Assembly: GCA_018061645.1 (NCBI GenBank)
Contig: JAGOTT010000003.1
Span: 9,326 to 73,325, forward strand
Source of the DNA: Candidatus Moraniibacteriota bacterium
GTDB taxonomy: Bacteria; Patescibacteriota; Minisyncoccia; Moranbacterales; UBA1568
Direction: 5' to 3'
Length of the DNA stretch: 64,000 bases
Each line of letters starts with the position of its first letter. Positions within the stretch are counted from its first letter, which is position 1. Below, in pieces: positions 1 through 9,286 of this stretch. The translations under genes and the position numbers were made by a program. Below the pieces are notes generated by a model. The model was given only the letters and a program-made list of their open reading frames with translations, made no database searches and had not been told where the DNA came from.

Positions 1-140
1 TTCTCCGCCGGTTCCTGAACTCGCAGGGGAAACTCTATCCGCCGAAACGCTACGGCCTCTCGGCGAAGGAGCAGCGCACCTTGGCGCTTGCGGTGAAGCG
101 CGCCCGCTACATGGGGCTCATCCCGTATGTCGTCCGATAG
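1..140 (+). CDS. rpsR: 30S ribosomal protein S18, C-terminal fragment (5' end outside window)
   Basis: Frame 3 from nt 3 reads LRRFLNSQGKLYPPKRYGLSAKEQRTLALAVKRARYMGLIPYVVR*, the conserved S18 C-terminus. Stop TAG at 138-140. Absent from the ORF track because it has no start in the window. Confidence 0.8.
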   Translation, partial: LRRFLNSQGKLYPPKRYGLSAKEQRTLALAVKRARYMGLIPYVVR

Positions 141-180
141 AAGTTCATAAAGTTCATAAAGTTATAAAGTTCATAAAGTC
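141..180. repeat. Tandem 9-bp repeat (AAGTTCATA, about 4.5 copies) between rpsR and efp
   Basis: Direct reading: aagttcata aagttcata aagtt-ata aagttcata aagtc. Confidence 0.6.
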
Positions 181-227
181 GGTGTTTGATAGACTTGAGA
201 AACTTTATAAACTTGAAAAACTCGTCT

Positions 228-785
228 ATGTTGACACTCACAGACATCAAAACAGGCAAGAAAATCCTCTGGAACGGCGAACCGTACACCGTGCTTGAAT
301 ATCAGCATTCCTTCATCGGTCGCGGCGGCGCGGTCATGCGGACCAAGCTCAAGAATCTCCTCTCCGGCGCGATCATCGACTATACCTTCCACGACAAGGA
401 CAAGTTCGAGGAAGCGGAAGTGATCCGGTCGACGGCGCAGTATCTCTACCATGAGAACGGAGAGTGCCAGTTCATGGATTCTACGAGCTACGAGCAGTTC
501 GGTCTTTCGGATTCGGTGATCGGCGACGGAGCGAAATATCTCGTCGAGGGGACGGAGATAGAGATCTCGAGCTGGAACGGAAAACCGATCAGCGCGGAAA
601 TACCGGTGAAGATGACCTTCAAGGTCGTCGAAGCGCCTCCGGGGCTCAAGGGCGACACCGCGTCCGGCGGCGACAAGGTGGTGACGCTTGAGAACGGTCT
701 CCAGATAACGACCCCGCTCTTCATCAACGCCGGCGATACCATCATCGTCAATACCGAAAAAGGAGCATACGTCTCCCGCGCATAA
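228..785 (+). CDS. efp: Elongation factor P
   Basis: MLTLTDIKTGKKILWNGEPYTVLEYQHSFIGRGGAVMRTKLKNL... matches EF-P KOW/OB domains. ATG at 228; the track ORF begins at an upstream TTG at 186. Confidence 0.9.
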   Translation: MLTLTDIKTGKKILWNGEPYTVLEYQHSFIGRGGAVMRTKLKNLLSGAIIDYTFHDKDKFEEAEVIRSTAQYLYHENGECQFMDSTSYEQFGLSDSVIGDGAKYLVEGTEIEISSWNGKPISAEIPVKMTFKVVEAPPGLKGDTASGGDKVVTLENGLQITTPLFINAGDTIIVNTEKGAYVSRA

Positions 786-847
786 CCCTCGTGTCATTCC
801 GAGTGAATCTGCGAGTCGAGAAATCTCAGTAACAGAAGCAGCGCAAA

Positions 848-877
848 GAACCGTCCCCGCAAAGGACGGTTCTTTCG
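848..877 (+). terminator. Rho-independent terminator after efp
   Basis: GAACCGTCC-ccgcaaa-GGACGGTTC followed by TTTCG. Confidence 0.6.
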
Positions 878-969
878 TATATCCGAACTGTTTTTTTTCA
901 TGAAAGGTGGTATCATTCCACCAGGAATATAGTAAACAAAAAAATAACCAAGAGGCTAACAGAACCCAT

Positions 970-3900
970 ATGAAGCAGCTCTTCCTCATGGCAGGTTTAA
1001 TCTTCTTTTCGGTCCCATTTTTCGTTTTCGGACAGAGCGAGCCGGATATTCCCCATTTTCCTGCATTCATGAAGGATGTGACAAGCCAGGAGGATTTCGA
1101 AAAACTTACCGATATACAGAAGAAAGAAGCCGAGGAATTTTTCAAGAACAGCCCCATCGGTCCCACTCTCGCCAGCCCCCAAATCGACGCTCAAAAAGGT
1201 ACCGTCAACTGCTTTGGCTACTACACCTTCGGCTCTGTCCAAGTCGACATCGAACCAACGGTCGGCGGCACCGTTCCCGGCGTCCCGATTACGTTCACCG
1301 GGAAGCTCAAAAACGACAACCCATACCCGCTTGTCGACGGAGCGGTGATGATCAAGATTTTCAAGACCGACGGCGGAGACGATGACCTCACCCATCAGAA
1401 CGGCTATCCGGTCGTCGATCAGTTCTTCGCTGTGGAAAATGTCTCGATTTCCGCGAAAGGAGAGAGCCCTATTTCCTTCGACTGGACCATTCCCGCCTTC
1501 GCCCAGTCCGGCGACTACCAGGCCGCCGCATATTTTATGACTGCGAAGCGTTTCAATCTCCTCGGGCTTCCCTTCACCGATGACGTGACCGGCAACACGG
1601 CGAACTTCTCGATCGCTTCGGGGGAAGCGACGGGTGTTTGGTTCGACAAGAATGCCGTCACGCTGAATGACCAGCAATACCGCTTCGCCGCTTTCCCGCC
1701 CCACTTCACGAAAAATGAATCCATCAAAGCCGAAGTGAAACTCCAAAACACGACCGATAAACCACAAACTGTCCAGCTCGCTTGGATCCTCTTCAACTGG
1801 GCGGGGGAACGCGAAGAGAATCAGCTCGACCAAAAGACCGAAACGATTACCCTGAAACCGAACGAAACGAAAGCCCTCTCCTATACTGCCACGAAAGCGA
1901 CCGGTTCCGTCTCCTTCCTCAATATCGAGGCAAATTACCAGGACACGAAATCCATCCTCAATATACGCTTCGTCCGCGACGGATTTGACGAGACGCGGAT
2001 CAATTTCCCGAGCGTCATGAAGTATCCGCTTGCCAAGGGAGAATCAAACGCTCTCTTCTCTTGTCTCCATTCCACCAACGCCCCCATCGTGAATGATGGC
2101 GAACTCACTCTCACTCTCAAGGACACAGAGGGCAACCTCATCTATTCCTATACCTACCAGGGCGGCGTCACCGGCGCCATGATGGGCGTCAAGGACGATT
2201 TCACCCCGAGTGACACCTATGTCGACTTCACGCTCACCGCGACCCTGAAGAACAAGGGGAATGTGGTCGAGGAAGTTACCGAGAAATATTCCTGCAAGGA
2301 CATCGATCCTTCGCTTTGTCCGAAAAGGGGACTTATGATCGATAGCGCCTCAGGAGCCGACAGAGGCGTCATTATGGCCGTTGTCCTTACCCTTCTCGCC
2401 CTTCTCGCTCTCCTCGGATGGAAAATATGGAAGGATCGTCGTCGAGGAAACGGCTCGGGGATGATGCCGGTTCTTTTCGCGATGCTTTTTGCGGGAGCGC
2501 TTCTTTTCGGAGGGGCAGGGGAGACAGAGGCGAAGAGTGTGACATGGACAAGTAATCCAATGCCTTACCTGGCCTATTGGTGGAATTTTTCACCTGTCAT
2601 CTATGTAACAGATTCCGTGCCTTTATCAACTACTCCGGTAAAAAGTGGCGGCGCTGGAGGATGGGCATCGGGTCTTGAACCGGGAGCTGTTTCTTCCGTA
2701 ATATATAAAGCTAATCTTTATAATGATGATACGAACGTTCTCATTGCTGATGGGAGCATTGTTCCTGTTGGTACAAAGATTCGCGTTGAGCGTGATAGTA
2801 GTACTCTTAGCACTGATATCTCGTGGGTGGGAACAGGGTCGACACAAGACAGCCCATATGGCTATTGGGTAGCAAATGCGAACCCGCTTCCCTTTGCTTG
2901 CTCAATAACTCCCGTAGGGAGTTTCACTACACTTTTTTCGGGGGCAGTAATTAATGTTTATATCCTTCATAATGTTAATCCGCCGACTACTAGCTTAACA
3001 TCTCTCAGCGGAAACCTATCGTGCGTCGGTAACATTTGTACGGTTATAAATACTGGTCCTGTATCCTTAGGAATGCGCTTTGATCCAACAGAGGGTAAAT
3101 TTTATTACCGTTATTTTGGAAGTCCTATGACTGCTTTTGGCTGTCGTGCGAACAATGTTCCTATGAGAGAAGTCTCCGAATGTACTATATGGGGTTGCAG
3201 TGGTAGTAAATTAAATTCTGATTATAAACTTGATATACCAGCTCGAACCATCATCTTTAATCTCACCGCTACCCAGCCGAATCAGGCCCCGAACATCCCC
3301 GCCATCATTCCCGCCGGCGGGAATACGGACATCGTTGGGCAAGCGCAATCCTTCACCCTTTCCGCAACCGATCCCGACACCGATACCATCCGCTACGGCA
3401 TCGACTGGGACAACAACAACTCGGTCGATCAGTGGGTGCCAAGCTCCGGCTATGTGAATTCCGGTACATCCCAAACCGCAAGCAGGACCTGGGCGAATCC
3501 CGGTGTCTACACGTTCAAAGTTCTTGCTCAAGATAGTAAAGGAGGTGATTCTGCTTGGCGAAGCCATACGATAACGATTTCCAATCCCGTCCCCATCCCC
3601 GTCATCACCGGTTTCACCGCAACCCCCGCCTTCATCGTCACCGGAAACTCCTCGACCCTCACCTGGACCACCACGAACGCCCAGTCCTGCTGGATCTCCG
3701 GCGGAGGCATCGACAGCTGGACCACCGTCCCGAACGGAAACCGCAACGTCTCTCCCGTCTCCACCACCACTTACAGCCTCGAGTGCTGGAATTCCGCGAG
3801 TGTCTCAAGCGGTGTCAGGACCGCGACGGTCACGGTGACCGCGGCAGCCTGCGTCCCGACGTACTCGTATGTATGCCTGCAGACAGGTGGAAATTGTACG

Positions 3901-4092
3901 GCCGCCACCTGCGGACAGACGCTTGCCACAGCTCCGGATTGCGTGAAAATCAATAGCTGCGGAGGGCAGTCATCGGTGCTTCCGAGCGAATGTGTGTCAA
4001 ATGGCATCGCCTGCTCGGGTGGAAGCGTCGCCTGTCCCGCCTGCCCTCCTTCCAGTACCGGGAATTGGATGGAAGTGATGCCGGGGCAGTGA
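970..4092 (+). CDS. Large secreted/membrane-anchored protein. It has a signal peptide, an internal 2-TM hairpin, a PKD-like domain and a Cys-rich C-terminus. Function unknown.
   Basis: MKQLFLMAGLIFFSVPFFVFGQ signal peptide starts at ATG 970 (track starts at 907). Mid-protein TM pair: VIMAVVLTLLALLALLGW-KIWKDRRRGNGSG-MMPVLFAMLFAGALLFGGAG. PKD-like segment: SFTLSATDPDTDTIRYGIDWDNNNS...GVYTFKVLAQDSKGG. C-terminal Cys-rich tail. Nt 2530-3250 are strikingly AT-richer than the flanks. Confidence 0.6.
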   Translation: MKQLFLMAGLIFFSVPFFVFGQSEPDIPHFPAFMKDVTSQEDFEKLTDIQKKEAEEFFKNSPIGPTLASPQIDAQKGTVNCFGYYTFGSVQVDIEPTVGGTVPGVPITFTGKLKNDNPYPLVDGAVMIKIFKTDGGDDDLTHQNGYPVVDQFFAVENVSISAKGESPISFDWTIPAFAQSGDYQAAAYFMTAKRFNLLGLPFTDDVTGNTANFSIASGEATGVWFDKNAVTLNDQQYRFAAFPPHFTKNESIKAEVKLQNTTDKPQTVQLAWILFNWAGEREENQLDQKTETITLKPNETKALSYTATKATGSVSFLNIEANYQDTKSILNIRFVRDGFDETRINFPSVMKYPLAKGESNALFSCLHSTNAPIVNDGELTLTLKDTEGNLIYSYTYQGGVTGAMMGVKDDFTPSDTYVDFTLTATLKNKGNVVEEVTEKYSCKDIDPSLCPKRGLMIDSASGADRGVIMAVVLTLLALLALLGWKIWKDRRRGNGSGMMPVLFAMLFAGALLFGGAGETEAKSVTWTSNPMPYLAYWWNFSPVIYVTDSVPLSTTPVKSGGAGGWASGLEPGAVSSVIYKANLYNDDTNVLIADGSIVPVGTKIRVERDSSTLSTDISWVGTGSTQDSPYGYWVANANPLPFACSITPVGSFTTLFSGAVINVYILHNVNPPTTSLTSLSGNLSCVGNICTVINTGPVSLGMRFDPTEGKFYYRYFGSPMTAFGCRANNVPMREVSECTIWGCSGSKLNSDYKLDIPARTIIFNLTATQPNQAPNIPAIIPAGGNTDIVGQAQSFTLSATDPDTDTIRYGIDWDNNNSVDQWVPSSGYVNSGTSQTASRTWANPGVYTFKVLAQDSKGGDSAWRSHTITISNPVPIPVITGFTATPAFIVTGNSSTLTWTTTNAQSCWISGGGIDSWTTVPNGNRNVSPVSTTTYSLECWNSASVSSGVRTATVTVTAAACVPTYSYVCLQTGGNCTAATCGQTLATAPDCVKINSCGGQSSVLPSECVSNGIACSGGSVACPACPPSSTGNWMEVMPGQ

Positions 4093-4185
4093 CAGTCCTA
4101 AAGTTATAGTGAAAGAACCGCCTTCGGGCGGTTCTTACCCGTTTTCATGGCATTCCTCATGAGTCATTCCATATTCTCCATTCTT

Positions 4186-4191
4186 CTCCTG
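4186..4191 (+). promoter_or_regulatory. Extended -10 box (TGgTATAAT) upstream of the pilB-like gene
   Basis: ctgtggTATAATggc lies 57 bp upstream of ATG 4248. Confidence 0.35.
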
Positions 4192-4247
4192 TGGTATAAT
4201 GGCAGTGTTGCGATCAGGGGAAAACCAAAACGAACACGATACGCGCT

Positions 4248-5993
4248 ATGAGAATCACCGACGACCAGCTGAAACTCTTTCTACTCGACTCGAACCTTGT
4301 CCCGAAGGATAAGCTCGAGTCGGCTGTCGCGGACGCGGCGAAACAGCAGAAGAAACTCGGCGAAGTGCTGCTCGAGGCCAAGCTCATCGACGAAGCCGGT
4401 CTCCAGAAGGTCTACGCCTACGTGCTCGGCATCCCCTTCGTCGATCTTACGAAGGAGACGATTCCGCTCGAGACGCTCCAGATCGTCCCCGAACCGATCG
4501 CCCGGAAATACAACATCGTTTCCTTCGAGAAGCAGGGGCAGAACCTCAAGGTGGCCATGCTCAACCCGGAGGATCTCCAGACGATCGATTTCATCAAGAA
4601 AAAAAGCGGGCTCAGGATCGTTCCGTGCCTCACCACGAAGGAAAGCATCCAGGCGACACTCAAGCATTACGAGAAGAGTCTCAAGGCCGAGTTCGGCGAC
4701 ATGCTCGAGATCACCGCGGAGAATCCGAAAGACGGGGACGAGGGGAATCTCGAGAAGATGGCGTCGGATCTGCCGGTCGTTCGCATCGTCGATACGCTCC
4801 TCAAGCACGCGATACTCCAGTCCGCGTCCGATATCCACATCGAGCCGGACGAGAAGGAAGTCCGTGTCCGGTATCGGATCGACGGCGTGCTCCACGACGC
4901 GATGGCTCTGCCCAAGGACGCCGCCCAGGGCATCGTCGCGCGCATCAAGGTGCTTTCGAACCTCAAGCTCGACGAGCATCGCCAGCCCCAGGACGGTCGC
5001 TTCAAGATCGAAAAGGACGATTACAAGATTTCCTTCCGAGTCTCGATGCTCCCGGTGTTCGACGGGGAGAAGATCGTCATGCGTCTTCTCGATGAATCGG
5101 CGAAGGGACTCACCCTCGAGAAGATGGGGCTCGTCGGCGAATCGCTCGAGGTCGTCCATCGTGAGATCAAGAAACCGAACGGGATCATCCTCGTGACGGG
5201 ACCGACCGGAAGCGGAAAGACGACGACGCTCTATACGGTTATGGACATCCTGAACACGCCGGAGGTGAACATCTCCACCGTCGAGGACCCGGTCGAGTAC
5301 CGGATGCCGCGCGTGAACCAGACTCAGATCAATCCGAAGGTCGGCATGACCTTCGCCGCCGCTCTCCGTTCCCTTCTCCGGCAGGACCCGGATATCCTCA
5401 TGGTCGGCGAGATCCGCGACGAGGAGACGCTCGAGATCGCCCTTCATGCCGCCATGACCGGACACCTCGTACTTTCGACCCTTCATACGAACAGCGCATC
5501 CGCCACCCTGCCGCGCATGCTCGATATGGGCGCCGAGCCGTTCCTTATCGCCTCCACCGTGAACGTGATCGTCGCGCAGCGTCTCGCGCGGAAACTCTGC
5601 CAGGAATGCAAGAAACCGTACAAGCTCGACGCGGGCGAGGTGACCGCGCTCGAGAAAAGCGTCGATGTCGACGATATCTTCGCGTATCTCAAATCGCAAT
5701 CGTCCCTGAAGGAGATCGTGGGATCCGCGAAGTCGTTCGCTGATCTCACGTTCTACAAGCCGGGCGGGTGCGACCAGTGCGGAAACGAAGGATATCGCGG
5801 CCGCGTCGGGGTCTACGAGGTGCTCGGAATGGAGACGAATATCCGCAAGCTCGTGACGGAATCCGCGACCTCGGAAGTCATCGAGGATGCGGCGAAGAAG
5901 AACGGCATGTCGACGATGTCGCAGGACGGATTCCTCAAGGCGACACAGGGAATCACGACCATCGAGGAGATTCTCCGCGTGACGAAGGAGTGA
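4248..5993 (+). CDS. pilB: Type IV pilus / type II secretion assembly ATPase (GspE/PilB family)
   Basis: N-terminal GSPII_E-N-like domain. Walker A LVTGPTGSGKTTTLY. Tetracysteine motif CQECKKPY...CDQCGNEGYRGR typical of PilB/GspE. Confidence 0.88.
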   Translation: MRITDDQLKLFLLDSNLVPKDKLESAVADAAKQQKKLGEVLLEAKLIDEAGLQKVYAYVLGIPFVDLTKETIPLETLQIVPEPIARKYNIVSFEKQGQNLKVAMLNPEDLQTIDFIKKKSGLRIVPCLTTKESIQATLKHYEKSLKAEFGDMLEITAENPKDGDEGNLEKMASDLPVVRIVDTLLKHAILQSASDIHIEPDEKEVRVRYRIDGVLHDAMALPKDAAQGIVARIKVLSNLKLDEHRQPQDGRFKIEKDDYKISFRVSMLPVFDGEKIVMRLLDESAKGLTLEKMGLVGESLEVVHREIKKPNGIILVTGPTGSGKTTTLYTVMDILNTPEVNISTVEDPVEYRMPRVNQTQINPKVGMTFAAALRSLLRQDPDILMVGEIRDEETLEIALHAAMTGHLVLSTLHTNSASATLPRMLDMGAEPFLIASTVNVIVAQRLARKLCQECKKPYKLDAGEVTALEKSVDVDDIFAYLKSQSSLKEIVGSAKSFADLTFYKPGGCDQCGNEGYRGRVGVYEVLGMETNIRKLVTESATSEVIEDAAKKNGMSTMSQDGFLKATQGITTIEEILRVTKE

Positions 5994-6032
5994 TATCGGT
6001 GAGCAGGGAGCAAAAGCAGGGAAGAAAAAACA

Positions 6033-6056
6033 AACCCGGCGTAGCGCCGGGTTTTA
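6033..6056. terminator. Bidirectional hairpin terminator between convergent pilB and the 6073-8409 gene
   Basis: AACCCGGC-gtagc-GCCGGGTT followed by TTT. Confidence 0.5.
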
Positions 6057-6072
6057 TGCTTTGAGAAGACTG

Positions 6073-8409
6073 TCACTGCGGGAGCCGGATGAGCGATGCG
6101 TCCTTGCCGATCGAGACTGCGATCGTGTTCCCGTCGCGTGAGAGCGAACAGGCGGAAGCGCTCCCGAATGATTCGTGGAACCGTTGGGCGATGATGTGCC
6201 CGTCCGATCCGAATACGACGATACGTTTGGAGTTCCTGTCGACAGTCGCGAACCGATCCGGAGCTTCCTCGTGCGCGCATACGGCGTCGATCACAAGCGG
6301 GGTCGCGGTCGTTTCGAGAGCGAAACCGGCCACCGGTTTCCCCCGGAGGAACGCCTGGATTCCGGATGCGGTCGTCCCGTAGATGTTTTCGCTCACGGCG
6401 ATCGCCGTGGTTCCGGTATCCATGGGTTCCTTGGTCCAGAGCAGGCCGTCGCCGAAACCGCCTTCGGCCCGGGGGAATCGGTATATCCGACCGGTGCCGT
6501 CTTCGAGGACATAGAGATAGGTGAGGAACGTTCCGATGTCGGCGGGACGGAATCCATCCGGAAGCCGGAGAACGTTCTCGGTGAACGAGCGGTTCGATGG
6601 GGCGAACGCGAGAAGGCGACCGGTTTCGGTCATGAGAAAAACGACGTTTATGTCGTCCATTCCGGTCGCGTATCGGATGTCCGTTCCCGTCGGGACGGGG
6701 AAGAAGGAGCCGCTTCCGGTATCGTGTACGCCGCTTCGGGTCACGAGATAGAGGGAGTCCTTCAGGTGGATCGGAGCAACGATGTCTTCGGCTGCCGGGG
6801 TGACGGATTCCGGAGACGCGAGGGAAGCCATCGGTTCGTTTTCGGGCGGGAACGAGGGAACCGGAACCTCGGTGACGACGACCGGAACCGGAACCTCCTT
6901 TTCCTCCGTGAGCGAGCTCCAGACCATGGTGCCTCCGATGGTGCATATGAAAGCGGCGGAGGCGGCGATCATGAGCTGTCGTTTCGGCTCAAGCGAGAAG
7001 AACCGATCTTTCAGGGACGTGAATACCCTTCGGGTTCCGCGGGCCGTCGTTCCGATCGCGATGCCGGTCGTTTCCACCGCGCGTCTCGATACCGGGATGA
7101 CGGTGTCGGAGATGAGCGCGGAAACGAAACGTCCCGCCCGCCCGACCGGGATGCTCGGAATGCGGATGTCCGGCATATCGGGCATCCGTACCGTCTTTCG
7201 ATCCGTTTTCGGCGGAGCAGACGTTTTGCCTTCCTGTTCCGTTGGTCGATGCGGTGTCGTGGCCGCCGCGGATTTCGGCTGTTTCGGAGCGGCGGATCGT
7301 GCCGGAAAGACGGATTTTGTGGAGCGTCGCACCTTCGAGAGGGATGAGGCGATGCTTCCCGAGACAACTACGGCTATCGTTTCCGTCCGTTGCCGCAGGT
7401 TTTCGCGTATGCGCTTTCCAAGGCCTCGGAGGGACGAAGCCATGTCTTCGCCGATCCAGCGGAGCTTCGTGATGGTCGGATGCTCCTCATGATCTCCCAA
7501 TTCCTCTCCTTGGATGTAGATGTCCCCGAAACGGGTATCCGTCGCCGGCGGATCCGACACGACCGGCGCCTCTTCGCGGAAAATTTCCGCCCGTGTCTCC
7601 GCCGCCTGCTTGAACGTTTCCGCGCTGAAGGCATTCCGTATCCTTGCCGTCCGCGGTTTCGGTGTCCTGACCGGCCTCTTGGGAGCGACGGATTCCTCGG
7701 CGTGCTCCTCGGCGGTAAGGACGATGGCGGCGCCCTGTCGGAGCTCGTTCGTCATGGCCGTCTCGAGGAATCGGAAGAATCTTTGTTCCGGTATGAGACG
7801 CCGCGCATTCCGCTCCAGTTCGGCATCCGAAAAGAGATCCGATACTTCCGGTGAAGAAAGCAGGATACAGTCGTCCGGATTGATCCGCCCACTCGATATC
7901 TCGACGAAGGTCTTCATCGGATGTGTCGCGGCTTCCTCCGAGGCGAGCCCGTCGCCTATGTCGGAAAGCATGCCGCCGCGGAAGAGGAGGATCCGTCCGA
8001 AACCGGTGACGGAAAAATGAACGCTGTGTTTTTCGATCGCCGCTACGGCGCCGTGAAGATTTCCGATCCAATCGGTCTGACCGTTCTTCACGAGCTCGGA
8101 GAGCGCGAGGTTCATCCGATGGAGCGCCGCCTCGAAGCTTTCCACCGCGCCGCGCCGCGGATTCGCGAAATATTCCTTTCGGATCGCGGAGACGAGGACG
8201 TTCACCACGAATCCGGATGAGTCGGAGTGATCGGACACCGAAAAGACTCCGACGAGCGTGCCGAGACACTCCTGGGTGACATTTTCAGGAGTCGCGATGA
8301 ACGACTTTATATACGGCTCGGACGAGCGATTTTTCGTGACGGAAATCTCGCCGATCCGTACTTTGATGGTCTGGACGGGGTCGATTTTTCCCGTTTTTCG
8401 TGTCGGCAT
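6073..8409 (-). CDS. Membrane protein with an N-terminal PP2C-like domain (possibly catalytically degenerate), one TM segment, and a C-terminal beta-propeller-like repeat domain
   Basis: Start chosen at MPTRKTGK (ATG at 8409, TATAAT-like box just upstream on the - strand). LVGVFSVSDHSDSSGF and ILLSSPEVSD resemble PP2C motifs (GVFDGHGG, LLLCSDGL) with Asp-to-Ser substitutions. TM segment: LMIAASAAFICTIGGTMVWSSL. C-terminus carries repeated GT/GS-rich beta-strand motifs. Confidence 0.5.
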   Translation of the reverse strand: MPTRKTGKIDPVQTIKVRIGEISVTKNRSSEPYIKSFIATPENVTQECLGTLVGVFSVSDHSDSSGFVVNVLVSAIRKEYFANPRRGAVESFEAALHRMNLALSELVKNGQTDWIGNLHGAVAAIEKHSVHFSVTGFGRILLFRGGMLSDIGDGLASEEAATHPMKTFVEISSGRINPDDCILLSSPEVSDLFSDAELERNARRLIPEQRFFRFLETAMTNELRQGAAIVLTAEEHAEESVAPKRPVRTPKPRTARIRNAFSAETFKQAAETRAEIFREEAPVVSDPPATDTRFGDIYIQGEELGDHEEHPTITKLRWIGEDMASSLRGLGKRIRENLRQRTETIAVVVSGSIASSLSKVRRSTKSVFPARSAAPKQPKSAAATTPHRPTEQEGKTSAPPKTDRKTVRMPDMPDIRIPSIPVGRAGRFVSALISDTVIPVSRRAVETTGIAIGTTARGTRRVFTSLKDRFFSLEPKRQLMIAASAAFICTIGGTMVWSSLTEEKEVPVPVVVTEVPVPSFPPENEPMASLASPESVTPAAEDIVAPIHLKDSLYLVTRSGVHDTGSGSFFPVPTGTDIRYATGMDDINVVFLMTETGRLLAFAPSNRSFTENVLRLPDGFRPADIGTFLTYLYVLEDGTGRIYRFPRAEGGFGDGLLWTKEPMDTGTTAIAVSENIYGTTASGIQAFLRGKPVAGFALETTATPLVIDAVCAHEEAPDRFATVDRNSKRIVVFGSDGHIIAQRFHESFGSASACSLSRDGNTIAVSIGKDASLIRLPQ

Positions 8410-8540
8410 AATATTTTCTTCATTATAGCACAATTCCGACGCTTCCCAGTACGCCCTTTTTCCGCTCATCTTTGACTTTTTCCTTCCGCTTGGGTACAGT
8501 GGACGGAGAGAGGGAATCATTTCTCTGATGTCCGAAAAAT

Positions 8541-9146
8541 ATGTCTTTTGCCCTGTTCGAGTCCCTGTTCGGTTCGAAGGTACGTGCCCGTCTCATACGT
8601 TTCTTCATCCTGAATCCGGATGCGGAGTATCCGGCGTCGGAAATCGCCGGAAAGACGCAGTTGTCGCGGACGGAAGTGTCGCGTGAACTTCTCCGCATGA
8701 AGAAGATGGGCTTCATCCGCGAGTCGTCGCGGAAGCGCGTGAAAGGATACCAGATGCACGCCGGCTTCCCGTTTTTCCCCGAGTTGAAGAGCCTGGTCTC
8801 GAAGTCGAACGTGAACGTGCCGCATCAGATGTTCTCGCGTCTCCGTACGGCGGGCGAGGTGAAGATCATCCTCATCGGCGGCATATTCCTCAATCATCAG
8901 AAGGGGAAGGCGGACATGATCCTCGTCATGAACAACGTCCATCGGCTCAAGCTCAAGGCCGCGGTCGAGAAACTCGAGGCGGAGGTCGGTCGGGATATCC
9001 GGTTCGTGCTCATGGACATGGAGGAGCTTCACTATCGTCTCAACATGCTCGACCGGTTCCTCATCGAGTTTCTCGAGGGACCGTATCAGGAGATTGTGAA
9101 CCGCGTTCCGGAGCTCAAGCGGTTCATCGCCGGACTGAAGAAGTAA
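8541..9146 (+). CDS. Hypothetical protein, winged-helix-like N-terminus
   Basis: 201-aa ORF divergent from the 6073-8409 gene. Good start context. No recognised catalytic motifs. Confidence 0.55.
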   Translation: MSFALFESLFGSKVRARLIRFFILNPDAEYPASEIAGKTQLSRTEVSRELLRMKKMGFIRESSRKRVKGYQMHAGFPFFPELKSLVSKSNVNVPHQMFSRLRTAGEVKIILIGGIFLNHQKGKADMILVMNNVHRLKLKAAVEKLEAEVGRDIRFVLMDMEELHYRLNMLDRFLIEFLEGPYQEIVNRVPELKRFIAGLKK

Positions 9147-9280
9147 AAACACAAAACACAGTGTACAAAATACCAAACAAAACACAAAACACAGGGATCA
9201 AACGAAATCAGGTTTGTGTTTTCTGTTTTTAGTGTCTCGTGCTTTGTTTGGATGTTTGTGTTTTGAATCTTGTGTTTTGA
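9144..9280. repeat. 135-bp intergenic CA-rich/GT-rich imperfect palindromic element, copy 1
   Basis: taaaaacacaaaacaca...ccaaacaaaacacaa...ggtttgtgttttctgttttt...gtttgtgttttga. The left half is the approximate reverse complement of the right half. About 85-90% identical to the copy at 12516-12650. It spans exactly from the stop codon of one gene to the ATG of the next. Confidence 0.65.
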
Positions 9281-9286
9281 CATGAT

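Noticed and set aside
907-969. Upstream extensions of track ORFs (907 for the large protein, 186 TTG for efp, 21858 GTG for the 22002 gene, 23241 for the 23289 gene, 17919 for ubiB-like)
   Set aside because: The extensions translate terminators or leaders, or lack RBS. Internal ATGs give native N-termini (signal peptide, conserved family starts).
2400-2470. Splitting the 970-4092 ORF into two genes at the KDRRRG/MMPVLF junction
   Set aside because: No stop codon in frame. A 2-TM hairpin topology (both large domains outside) is self-consistent. Kept as one gene but flagged as a possible fusion.
4281-5699. 472-aa - strand ORF, and a 299-aa Ser/Arg-rich + frame ORF, inside pilB
   Set aside because: Antisense or alternate-frame artefacts. 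PilB has Walker A and tetracysteine motifs.
6175-7347. 390-aa + strand ORF inside the PP2C-like gene; also 44579-45679 (-) inside pyk, 46230-47213 (+) inside topA, 55451-56263 (-) inside tauE
   Set aside because: Arg/Gly-rich antisense translations. The partner strands encode recognisable proteins.
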